DNA of 64,000 bases from an uncultured virus (IMG/VR IMGVR_UViG_3300016472_001095) (Duplodnaviria > Heunggongvirae > Uroviricota > Caudoviricetes). A program made the translations under genes and the position numbers. Location: IMG/VR virus record IMGVR_UViG_3300016472_001095; one strand, written 5' to 3'. The notes below the pieces were generated by a model. It was given only the letters and a program-made list of their open reading frames with translations, was not told the origin of the DNA and searched no databases. Of the stretch, positions 18,929-27,167 are shown one piece after another; the stretch's first letter is position 1, and every line of letters begins with the position of its first letter.

Positions 18929-19322
18929 CAGAAATTAAATAGCCTTTAAGAGATTCGCTCAAAGAACTAAGCTCTGCTGCTAGTCTTGCTATTTTCTTTT
19001 TCTCGCTTCTAGCAATATCTTCAAAAATAGAATCACAAGCTGCTGTGTGAAGCTGTACCTGCATGCTGCTAGCATCTGTACTATTTAAAAACTTAATAAA
19101 CTCATCTATTTGAGTAATCCAGCCTTTAAGCTTGGAAATCTGCTCTGCTTTTTTATGATCTTGTACTTGCTCTCTTCCTCCCTGAACGTCAAAATCTTCA
19201 GGCTTAGCAGTATCAAGCGTAGATGCCATAGCTTCTTTATCGGTTTGAGGAGCTACAGCTGGAGCAGGTTCCGTCTCATCAGCTTCTAATAATGTGGTAA
19301 ACTTACTAACAAAAGAACTCAT
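18915..19322 (-). CDS. Hypothetical late protein, possible internal head protein
   Basis: 135 aa, TAAATA-5-ATG, N-terminus FTTLLEADE. Confidence 0.6.
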   Translation of the reverse strand: MSSFVSKFTTLLEADETEPAPAVAPQTDKEAMASTLDTAKPEDFDVQGGREQVQDHKKAEQISKLKGWITQIDEFIKFLNSTDASSMQVQLHTAACDSIFEDIARSEKKKIARLAAELSSLSESLKGYLISANDR

Positions 19323-19352
19323 ATTATTATTTATTATTGAATAAATATTTTT
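19323..19352. promoter_or_regulatory. Back-to-back divergent late promoters
   Basis: Minus-strand TAAATA 5 nt before ATG 19322 and plus-strand TAAATA (19342-19347) 5 nt before GTG 19353, all within 30 bp. Confidence 0.7.
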
Positions 19353-19739
19353 GTGAGAAAAAAGTTAGTTTTTGAAGATATTTTAAATTACAATAAATGG
19401 GTTTCTGGTATTGCTTCAAGAGAGCTTGCCTCACAAAGAGTTAGCTTAAGAGATTTATTTAACAACCCTTATGTCGATCAAAATCCTAATGATGCTAGAG
19501 CAGAGCCAGTTATGCCATATCCATTGCAAAGCGTGGTACCGCAGATAGGGGACCTTTACATTTATGCATGTAATACTAAAGATTTGTTTAAATCATCATT
19601 ATCAAATCCTCTTGTTGCAAAAAATAAAATTGCCAAAGAAACTGTATTAGATATTGTAAGTAAATTAGATGCTGTTATTGACATTATTAAAGGTATAATT
19701 GAACAAGCCAATAAACCGGTTGCAAAAAAAGTTAAATAA
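19353..19739 (+). CDS. Hypothetical late protein
   Basis: 128 aa ORF with late-promoter geometry. Confidence 0.65.
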   Translation: MRKKLVFEDILNYNKWVSGIASRELASQRVSLRDLFNNPYVDQNPNDARAEPVMPYPLQSVVPQIGDLYIYACNTKDLFKSSLSNPLVAKNKIAKETVLDIVSKLDAVIDIIKGIIEQANKPVAKKVK

Positions 19740-19753
19740 GTTATAATATATTG

Positions 19754-20203
19754 ATGGTAAAGAAAGTAATATCACAATTACTACCTCTTTTAGGCGTTGC
19801 AACGCTTACAAGTTTTTTGCTAGCAACCTGGGGCGTTAATTATTTTATTGGTGCCTTAGTTGGCATTTTAATTCAATTTGTTGCCTTTTATTCATTCAAA
19901 AGCATTCTTATAGCAGTTGTTGCTTTGAGAAATAAAAAACTAGATAATGAGAGAATAAAAGAATTATCTTACCAAGGACTAGAGGTGGTCTGCCCTTGTT
20001 TTAAACAAATTAAGGAATTTGTTCCAATAAAGCTAAATATAGCAAACTACTATAAATGCAGTGAATGTAAAAAAACTATTGGAGTCGTAATTACACCGGA
20101 AACTGCAATTGTAACAGAGCCCGCTGATTCAAGCCAAGAAGCAGTAAATAAACTGCTAGCACAAGGCATTCTGAATGTATCTAAACCAAATGCAAATACC
20201 TAA
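19754..20203 (+). CDS. Membrane protein with C-terminal zinc ribbon
   Basis: Two N-terminal hydrophobic segments, CPC...CSEC. TTGCAA(19720)-16-TATAAT(19742)-6-ATG places the start at 19754. Confidence 0.65.
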   Translation: MVKKVISQLLPLLGVATLTSFLLATWGVNYFIGALVGILIQFVAFYSFKSILIAVVALRNKKLDNERIKELSYQGLEVVCPCFKQIKEFVPIKLNIANYYKCSECKKTIGVVITPETAIVTEPADSSQEAVNKLLAQGILNVSKPNANT

Positions 20204-20663
20204 TAGCATAAACAATCTTACTGCTGATAAAGCAGCTGATGTATTCTTATCAAATACAAAGCTTCCAGAGATACCTTTAGATGAAATAGTTCTTGCAATT
20301 AAGAGGTCATTACCGGTAAAAGAACTTGAGTCTTTTGAATTAGGGCTAGCTTACTTTAAAAAGGATGTAGAGATAGATAAAGCTATTATTAAAAATATTT
20401 TATCTTTAATAAACGAGTCTTTAACTAGAGCTGTAAATGATAGTCAAATTGATATTGAAATAAGGCACTTAATTAACTCACAACTCAAGACAGCAATGGA
20501 AAGTATGTCTTATAATTTTGACTCTTTTTATAATATATTAAATATTTTAAATAAACAAAAGAATTTACTTGACGTTAAGAACTTTATCCTGATAATAATA
20601 GGATATGCCATCAGTCTTCTCAAAAAAATACATAACAATACAAACAAGCAAAACAACTCATAA
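20175..20663 (+). CDS. Hypothetical protein
   Basis: ORF in operon context. Confidence 0.55.
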   Translation: MYLNQMQIPNSINNLTADKAADVFLSNTKLPEIPLDEIVLAIKRSLPVKELESFELGLAYFKKDVEIDKAIIKNILSLINESLTRAVNDSQIDIEIRHLINSQLKTAMESMSYNFDSFYNILNILNKQKNLLDVKNFILIIIGYAISLLKKIHNNTNKQNNS

Positions 20664-20913
20664 ATTTAAGGCTGAAGAATATGCCAGGTGGCTTTGTTTA
20701 ATAGAAGCTTTAGATATTGTTACTCGCGGTGCAGATAGATTTAAAGTCGATCTAAATAACAAAGATATTGATTGGATTAAGCCTCTGTCTTTTCAAAAAT
20801 ATGTGGCCGAGCGCTTTGAATCAATGATTGATGAGGTGTCGATGAACGAAGGTGTAAAGATAAATATTAAAAAATTACCATGCATTACATCGTCGGAACC
20901 AGTTTTAGAGTAA
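20605..20913 (+). CDS. Hypothetical protein
   Basis: ORF in operon context. Confidence 0.55.
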   Translation: MPSVFSKKYITIQTSKTTHKFKAEEYARWLCLIEALDIVTRGADRFKVDLNNKDIDWIKPLSFQKYVAERFESMIDEVSMNEGVKINIKKLPCITSSEPVLE

Positions 20914-21155
20914 CACCTAATCCCAAAGCTTTAATTAGGGACAAAAGATTCGAACCACAGCAAATCTATACTTTAATTCATATAGTTAAAAGAGATAATA
21001 AAGTCACATATACTTTTTTAGGTAATGGAAAAAAAATATTAGTAGACTTTAATAGTTGTAGAGAAGGCGATCAGTTTATTTCAAAATTTAGAAATGAAAA
21101 TTTACCTAATTACGAGGCCCAATTATCCCCTGTAACAGATAATATAGCAGATTAA
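20880..21155 (+). CDS. Hypothetical protein
   Basis: ORF in operon context. Confidence 0.55.
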   Translation: MHYIVGTSFRVTPNPKALIRDKRFEPQQIYTLIHIVKRDNKVTYTFLGNGKKILVDFNSCREGDQFISKFRNENLPNYEAQLSPVTDNIAD

Positions 21156-21156
21156 G

Positions 21157-21888
21157 TTACCATTCTAAAATAACACACCCACCTACACCGCTACCGCTGT
21201 TTGCAGATCCGCCAAAACCAAAATTAGAAAATATTTTTCCAGGTAAATTATTTGTACCGTTTAAGATTATTATTCCACCTGATCCGCTACCACCACCACC
21301 CTGTCCCCCACTGCCTCCAGCAGAATTGTTACCACAATTTTTAAATGCTCCTCCACCGCCATTTCCGCCTGTAGCTACTATGCTGCCTACTGATGTAGAT
21401 CCTCCTACTTGACCAGCACCTGCAGTAACGCCACAACCCGTGCTTCCACCACCGCCACCGCCATTTCCAATAGAAATTGATAGCTGTTGCCCAGGTGTTA
21501 CATCTAAAATACCTAAACAGCATCCACCCCCACCACCAGCTCCGCCTCCATATGCTCCATAGCTAGAGGATGCACCTCCCCCTGCACCGCCCCCACCACC
21601 TATACATGTAACTTTTAATTTTGTTATATTAGAAGGTACAGTAAATGTACTGGATGAGGTAAATAGCTGTAAGCCGCTAAACGTAGAAAAAGATGGTTTA
21701 TTTAACAAATCGGTGTAACTACCAGTTGTCGCAACAGTAGCTAATGTAGGCTTGTTGGCTATATTAGTATAATCTACTTGTAAAGCTGATAATTGTGCTT
21801 TACCGGTTGTACTTCCATTTGATATAGGGACAACCAGAGAGCCTTGAGGAGTTATATCATTTAATTGAGATATAGTTATATCAGCCAT
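21157..21888 (-). CDS. Glycine-rich fibre protein with shared N-terminal anchor module
   Basis: MADITISQL N-terminus, LATVATTGSYTDLLNKP fibre repeat, FTVPSNITKLKVTCIGGGGG...GCVILEW glycine-rich domain typical of phage fibre tips. Confidence 0.8.
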   Translation of the reverse strand: MADITISQLNDITPQGSLVVPISNGSTTGKAQLSALQVDYTNIANKPTLATVATTGSYTDLLNKPSFSTFSGLQLFTSSSTFTVPSNITKLKVTCIGGGGGAGGGASSSYGAYGGGAGGGGGCCLGILDVTPGQQLSISIGNGGGGGGSTGCGVTAGAGQVGGSTSVGSIVATGGNGGGGAFKNCGNNSAGGSGGQGGGGSGSGGIIILNGTNNLPGKIFSNFGFGGSANSGSGVGGCVILEW

Positions 21889-22616
21889 TATTGATAACCT
21901 CCATATACATCTGAATAATCTGTTTTGCTATAGTCAAAAACATTTTTTGATGCTACATTGACATCGTAGCTATAAGGCTTTTGTGCTCCTGAAGCTGTAG
22001 GCGACGTGGTGTCATCAAATACTTGATCATTTTGCGCTTCTGGCGTTACTCCAGGTTCAAACGAGTATTCGAATCTCTTAGCTTTTATCAACCAAACATA
22101 ATGACCTGCAAGAGGATTAATTTGTGCTATATCTTGATCTAATCTTTGGGTAATTTCATATATATTACCGTTTCTACCCCCCGGCCTATCATTACCATAT
22201 TCGGTTAATTGAAAAAGATCGCCAGCTTTAGGTTCTGCACCCTGCCCAAAAGTAGCATAAAACGCGCTTATATGAACAAATGCAGTGACTTCGTCATCTG
22301 ATACTAAGCCAAACTTACTTAAAAGCAATGCATTTTCATTTAAATTAATAGCTATAATTAAATCTTGAGGAGGAGAGTATTGTTGTGTTGGCTGCTCTCC
22401 GTAAAGCATGTCTGCACTTAATGTACTAGTATTATTAACTATATAACCAACTTTCTGTCCATAAAGATTAATTTGTTCTCTCCAGTAATTAGATATAATG
22501 TTTCTTTCGTCTGTATTTTTACTTTTATCTGTAAATCTAAAACAAGTATTATCTACAAAAAAGAAAGGGTATGTCTTAGACTGTTCTAGATTACCTGTAT
22601 AATATTCTGTAGACAT
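21888..22616 (-). CDS. gp14: Neck / head-closure protein (T4 gp14-like)
   Basis: EQINLYGQKVGYI, LYGE, LSKFGL...DE, PKAGDL, YEIT, YVWLIKAKRFEYS. Confidence 0.8.
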   Translation of the reverse strand: MSTEYYTGNLEQSKTYPFFFVDNTCFRFTDKSKNTDERNIISNYWREQINLYGQKVGYIVNNTSTLSADMLYGEQPTQQYSPPQDLIIAINLNENALLLSKFGLVSDDEVTAFVHISAFYATFGQGAEPKAGDLFQLTEYGNDRPGGRNGNIYEITQRLDQDIAQINPLAGHYVWLIKAKRFEYSFEPGVTPEAQNDQVFDDTTSPTASGAQKPYSYDVNVASKNVFDYSKTDYSDVYGGYQ

Positions 22617-22622
22617 ATTAAG

Positions 22623-23474
22623 TTAAGAGATTTTGCTTACCCCTAATCCAGTTAGCTTTATCCAATAGTAGCCTTGGCCATTATAAGACCCTGCAGATTT
22701 GCTTATAACTAAATCTGTATTATCCCAGGTAACCGACCAATTGCCTGCTGTACCATTATTAGAATTGTAATATGTAGTAATATCTTTTATAGACCATGGA
22801 GCTCCCCCTAGGGCAAAAGCCGCAAAATAAGTACAACCATAAGTATTAACATAACCATAGTGCGAGAATGTTGCTTCAATTTTAAAAGGCCCTCCTATTT
22901 CAGGTCTTGCTTTATGGGTAATTACTGAATTTCCTGCAGAATACCCTGCCCATGCGAGATCAGAAACACCATCTAGAGAAAAAGATTTTTGTGCAGATAC
23001 AGTACCATAAACTGATAATTGCCCATCCTGTTGTAACGTCATTCTCCTGTAAACTACCGGTGTTTGAAAATTGCTACCTCCACTAGGCCCTTGAATAAAT
23101 TGTAAATTACCTGTCAATCCGGTATTATCAGTTAAATTGTCCGGGCTTACAAATATATGCCAACTTCTATAGTTGTTACTATTACTATTTTCAGGAAATG
23201 TTAACCCTTCATAAGGCCCGGTTTCATTCCAATATAAATTGTTTAAACCTCTTATATCACCGTTATTGAGTTGTAAACAAATAATACCAGGACTACCAGC
23301 GGGAACAGTATCCCAAGTTAACGTAGAACTTAAAAGACTTATTCTAGAAGAATCGCTATAGAGAATAGAAGATACGGGAATGGATTTAGTTGTACCACCG
23401 TTAGCTACAGGTAATAAAGCATTACCTCTTGTAACCGTTGCTATTGGTAATCCAGATATTGTAACATCTGCCAT
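22623..23474 (-). CDS. Fibre-like protein with shared N-terminal anchor module
   Basis: MADVTISGLP...LPVANGGTTKSIPVSSI, followed by a beta-rich G/S/T/N body. Confidence 0.65.
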   Translation of the reverse strand: MADVTISGLPIATVTRGNALLPVANGGTTKSIPVSSILYSDSSRISLLSSTLTWDTVPAGSPGIICLQLNNGDIRGLNNLYWNETGPYEGLTFPENSNSNNYRSWHIFVSPDNLTDNTGLTGNLQFIQGPSGGSNFQTPVVYRRMTLQQDGQLSVYGTVSAQKSFSLDGVSDLAWAGYSAGNSVITHKARPEIGGPFKIEATFSHYGYVNTYGCTYFAAFALGGAPWSIKDITTYYNSNNGTAGNWSVTWDNTDLVISKSAGSYNGQGYYWIKLTGLGVSKIS

Positions 23475-23475
23475 A

Positions 23476-23796
23476 TTATTTCTCTAAAACCGCCTTTCCT
23501 ATTAATGGATCAAATCTAAGACTTATACCCGTATTACCTAGTTTTTTAGGTGTAGTACTAGAATATTTTAAGTTAAATTGATCTTCAACATCTTTTATAT
23601 CAGAACTATTAATAGCAATCTTACCTGTTTTTTTTCTTAATAAGCTTAATACTCTTTGGTTCTTAAGTATTGTTTGATGTGCTTTGGGAACAAACCTCGC
23701 TTGTGAGGGTAGAGTTTCTCCTAAACCCTCATGTCGCTTTTTAACAAAATCTCCTTTTTTGTTGAATTTACGCCAATGATCTTTAAACGTATTCAC
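23476..23796 (-). CDS. Basic hypothetical late protein
   Basis: 106 aa ORF, TAAATA-5-GTG. Confidence 0.65.
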   Translation of the reverse strand: MNTFKDHWRKFNKKGDFVKKRHEGLGETLPSQARFVPKAHQTILKNQRVLSLLRKKTGKIAINSSDIKDVEDQFNLKYSSTTPKKLGNTGISLRFDPLIGKAVLEK

Positions 23797-23810
23797 TTAA
23801 GTATTTAAGC

Positions 23811-23840
23811 AAAAAAAAGGGCCTAATTTGACTTAGGCCC
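23811..23840 (-). terminator. Rho-independent terminator
   Basis: GGGCCTAA-6 nt loop-TTAGGCCC perfect 8 bp stem (23819-23840) followed on the minus strand by T8, downstream of 23868-24776. Confidence 0.88.
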
Positions 23841-23867
23841 TAATTTTTACTATTTTTGACTAATTTA

Positions 23868-24776
23868 TTATTTTAGTCCTGCTAGATAAGCACCTACTTT
23901 GCTTGTCTTAGAGGCAACTACATTAGCCTTACCCTTTGGAGATGTTGGGGCACCACCCTTAACACCTGCACCTACTAGGGCATGGCCCTTTTCACCATCA
24001 TTACCAACTTTATCCGTTACCTTGCCATCGCCTTCACCGTGAGAAACAAGGCTCTTTGTTACATCACCAACCTTGTTATCTTTCTTTTGAAGGGACTGAC
24101 CGGCTGAATCGGGAAGTTCTTTTAATTCTGTGGCTTCTTTAGCAACGCCGTCTTCTTCGTCTTCATCCTTCTTATCGTCCTTCTTATCTTCTTTCTTTTT
24201 CTCTTCGTTGGACTCTTCAGGAGTTGTTTCATCACCGGCTTCTTCACCACCTAAATCTTCTTCGCCAGCGGCTTCCTCATCACCAAGAACTGCCACCAAA
24301 GCATCGTGTAGCTTTTGGGCTAGATCCTTAGAGAGAGTAACTGTTACTTCTTCACCACCGACATCTTCACCAGCATCGCCCGAGGGCAACCCGAGAGCAG
24401 CGGCGTCATTTGCCTCGGTATCATCTGGCTGACCGGACATTACGTCCTCATATAGTTTGTCAAAAATAGATTTGCTCATAAAAGTATTTATTGTTTGAGT
24501 TTCTGTTTTTTCAAGGTTTTGTGAGAATTTTTTAGGCTCATAAAAATTTTCTTTTTTAGCGGTTTTAGGATCAATAATATCCTTATTAAATCCATCTGCG
24601 TTTTCAGGGCCAGAAGCTTTAGGAAGAATAGCGCTTTTATCAGCTTTTGCTTCAACAGGCTTCTTATCTTCAACACGCTTAAAAGTATCCTTAGGAGGAA
24701 ATACACTTTTCTTTTCTTCAATAACTTGCTTTTCATAGTATTCACCTAATTTAACTAGCGTTCTGACACCGTTCAT
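23868..24776 (-). CDS. Highly charged, low-complexity late protein (candidate prohead core / internal protein)
   Basis: 302 aa with Asp/Glu/Lys tracts. TAAATA-6-ATG. Has its own terminator and an internal second promoter/start at codon 100. Confidence 0.6.
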   Translation of the reverse strand: MNGVRTLVKLGEYYEKQVIEEKKSVFPPKDTFKRVEDKKPVEAKADKSAILPKASGPENADGFNKDIIDPKTAKKENFYEPKKFSQNLEKTETQTINTFMSKSIFDKLYEDVMSGQPDDTEANDAAALGLPSGDAGEDVGGEEVTVTLSKDLAQKLHDALVAVLGDEEAAGEEDLGGEEAGDETTPEESNEEKKKEDKKDDKKDEDEEDGVAKEATELKELPDSAGQSLQKKDNKVGDVTKSLVSHGEGDGKVTDKVGNDGEKGHALVGAGVKGGAPTSPKGKANVVASKTSKVGAYLAGLK

Positions 24777-24796
24777 ATTAAGTATTTATTATATAT

Positions 24797-26503
24797 ATGC
24801 CTAAAAAACAAGAAAGTCAATTTTATTTAGGTAATCAAAATCTACCTACAGCTGATGCAACTTTTGATTATGAAGCACATCCAGAGTGGGTAGAAGATAT
24901 AGCTAAATGTAGAAAAAATATTTTATATTTTGCAGAAAACTTTTTCTTTATTACTAATTTAGATGAAGGTAAGATGAAAATTAAGCTCCATACCTATCAA
25001 AAAAGAATATTAAGAAGTTTAAGAGACAATAGATTTGTATGTCTATTAGCTTCAAGACAGATAGGTAAAACCACATTAATGACGATATATGCATTATGGA
25101 TAGCATCTTTTTTTGAAGATCAGCGTATTTTAATTGTAGCAAACAAAGAACAGACAGCTATTAACATTTTTAAAAGAGTTCGTTTAGCTTATGAAAAGCT
25201 ACCTAATTATCTTAAACCAGGAACCGTAGAATATGGAAAAACATCAATGTCTTTGGGAAATGGGTCTAGTATTGGTATTTCGACGACCAGCAGTGATGCT
25301 GGTAGAGGCGATAGCTGTAATGTTCTTATTTTGGACGAGCTAGCATTTATTGACAACCATCTCGTAGAGCAGTTTTGGAGCTCAGTTTACCCAATTATTT
25401 CATCCTCTAAAAAATCTAAGATATTTGTTGCTTCAACTCCAAATGGAACAGGTAATCTTTTTCACGAATTATATTCTGGAGCTGTTGAAGGTAAGAACGA
25501 TTGGCACGCAGAAAAAGTTGATTGGTGGGAATTCCCTGGTCGTGATGATGTATGGAAGGAAAAAACAATTCGTACCTTGGGTAGTAGAGAAGTTTTTGAC
25601 CAAGAATTTGGTAATGTATTTTTACAGGCTGGTGAAAGCGCTATAGATGAAAAACTTTTTGAACAGATGAAATCAGAATGTATAGAACCAAATTTTGTTT
25701 TTGAAAATGGAAAATATTTAATGTGGGATGAACCAAGTAAAGAAAATATTTATGTTGTAGGGGTTGATATAAGTGAGGGGGTAGGCGAGGCTGCTAGCGT
25801 TGTACAAGTCTTAGACATTACAGATTTAAGAGAAATAAAACAAGTAGCCATTTATCATGATAGAACAATAAGCCCTTACAATTTTACTTCCAAGCTTCAT
25901 GAAATTTTAAAACACTGGGGATCGCCTCTAGCATTAATTGAAAGAAACAATTGCGGTGCTCAGGTTGTAGATCAATTAAAGAATACACACGGATATGAAA
26001 ATATAGTTTCATACGGGATAAAAGCAGGGCCTATAAATTACAATAAAATTGGTGTACAAGCACATACTAACACAAAATATAAAGGGGTAGTTAACATGAG
26101 ATATTGGATGTCTGAATTAAAAGTTTTAAAAATTAGAGATTTAAAAACTTTAAACGAATTAAAAGGGTTTGTAAGATATCCAAACGGTACGTGGGCTGCA
26201 AAGCAAGGGGTTGATAGTTGGGATGATAGGGTTATGAGCCTTGTGTGGAGCTTAATGATTTTAGAAAACGATTTAGTAGAAAAATATTTTGAAGTAGTAG
26301 AATATGATTCAAATAGAAAACCATTAAAACTTAAATCATTAGATTACGGAGTCAAATATTTTGTAAATCCCGCTTCAATTTATAGCAATGAAAAACTAGG
26401 TGACGGATTACCACCTCTACCTATAGTCATACAGGGGGATAACTCTAATGAATTTGACGAAATAAAAGACTTAGAATCTCAAGGTTGGCAGAGGTTACAA
26501 TAA
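24797..26503 (+). CDS. gp17: Terminase large subunit (T4 gp17-like)
   Basis: LHTYQ, Walker A SRQIGKTT, Walker B LILDELAF, ASTPNG, FDQEF, nuclease GVDISEGVG, IERNN, DDRVMSL. Confidence 0.96.
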   Translation: MPKKQESQFYLGNQNLPTADATFDYEAHPEWVEDIAKCRKNILYFAENFFFITNLDEGKMKIKLHTYQKRILRSLRDNRFVCLLASRQIGKTTLMTIYALWIASFFEDQRILIVANKEQTAINIFKRVRLAYEKLPNYLKPGTVEYGKTSMSLGNGSSIGISTTSSDAGRGDSCNVLILDELAFIDNHLVEQFWSSVYPIISSSKKSKIFVASTPNGTGNLFHELYSGAVEGKNDWHAEKVDWWEFPGRDDVWKEKTIRTLGSREVFDQEFGNVFLQAGESAIDEKLFEQMKSECIEPNFVFENGKYLMWDEPSKENIYVVGVDISEGVGEAASVVQVLDITDLREIKQVAIYHDRTISPYNFTSKLHEILKHWGSPLALIERNNCGAQVVDQLKNTHGYENIVSYGIKAGPINYNKIGVQAHTNTKYKGVVNMRYWMSELKVLKIRDLKTLNELKGFVRYPNGTWAAKQGVDSWDDRVMSLVWSLMILENDLVEKYFEVVEYDSNRKPLKLKSLDYGVKYFVNPASIYSNEKLGDGLPPLPIVIQGDNSNEFDEIKDLESQGWQRLQ

Positions 26504-26511
26504 ATAATTAA

Positions 26512-27126
26512 ATGGCAAACTTAGTACCATACACTCAAAGCCCTTTCAATAAAGCGCGTAAAGACAAATTTTTACTAGTGCTTAATTTTCCTCAAGGCTT
26601 AAAAGACATATCACAAAAAATGATTAGATCTAATAAAACTATAATTCCCGATTCCATTCAGTTTTCTGTGTTTGGTGCAGTTGTGCCAGAAATAGAAGTA
26701 CCGGTAGTAAATGTTAGATACTCTGGACAAACGTTAGCAGCGTCTAGCCATTCTCGTGAACCGTACCCTCCAGTCACGGTTAACTTTACCGTTGATAACA
26801 GATTCAACAATTATTATGTCATTTATAAATGGTTAGATATTTTAAACAGCAGTAAAACTAGTATTTTTGACGAAAATAATATTATAGAGGCTAAGAAGTC
26901 AACCAGTGGGGGTAATGATAACATGCTTTACAGAGCTAATATATCTATTTTCGCATTAGACGAATACGATAAAAGAATAGTAGAATTTGTCTATACAAAT
27001 GCATTTCCTATTAATTTAGGAGGTATTACATTTAATAATAGGGATGCAGGAGAAGTAGAAGCTTCATTTACATTTGTTTACTCTCAACTTCAGGTTTCTT
27101 TGGTAGAATATATAGATAGTTTATAA
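26512..27126 (+). CDS. Tail tube terminator / completion protein (gp3/gp19-fold)
   Basis: Tube-fold motifs VTVNFTVDNRFNNYYVIYKWL and NAFPINLGGITF...ASFTFVY. TAAATA-5-ATG. Confidence 0.65.
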   Translation: MANLVPYTQSPFNKARKDKFLLVLNFPQGLKDISQKMIRSNKTIIPDSIQFSVFGAVVPEIEVPVVNVRYSGQTLAASSHSREPYPPVTVNFTVDNRFNNYYVIYKWLDILNSSKTSIFDENNIIEAKKSTSGGNDNMLYRANISIFALDEYDKRIVEFVYTNAFPINLGGITFNNRDAGEVEASFTFVYSQLQVSLVEYIDSL

Positions 27127-27167
27127 AAAATTAAAAAGTTTTATCCAAAAAAACATAAATACTTTAT

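Noticed and set aside
24130..24432. Ser-rich plus-strand ORF and many other short antisense or alternate-frame ORFs (e.g. 675-881, 6158-6751, 27428-27703, 39317-39607, 61729-62013)
   Set aside because: They lie wholly within well-supported genes on the other strand or frame and lack promoter or start geometry.
27127..27167. tRNA or structured ncRNA in intergenic gaps
   Set aside because: Intergenic gaps are under about 75 nt, AT-rich and explained by promoters or the single terminator. No cloverleaf was seen.
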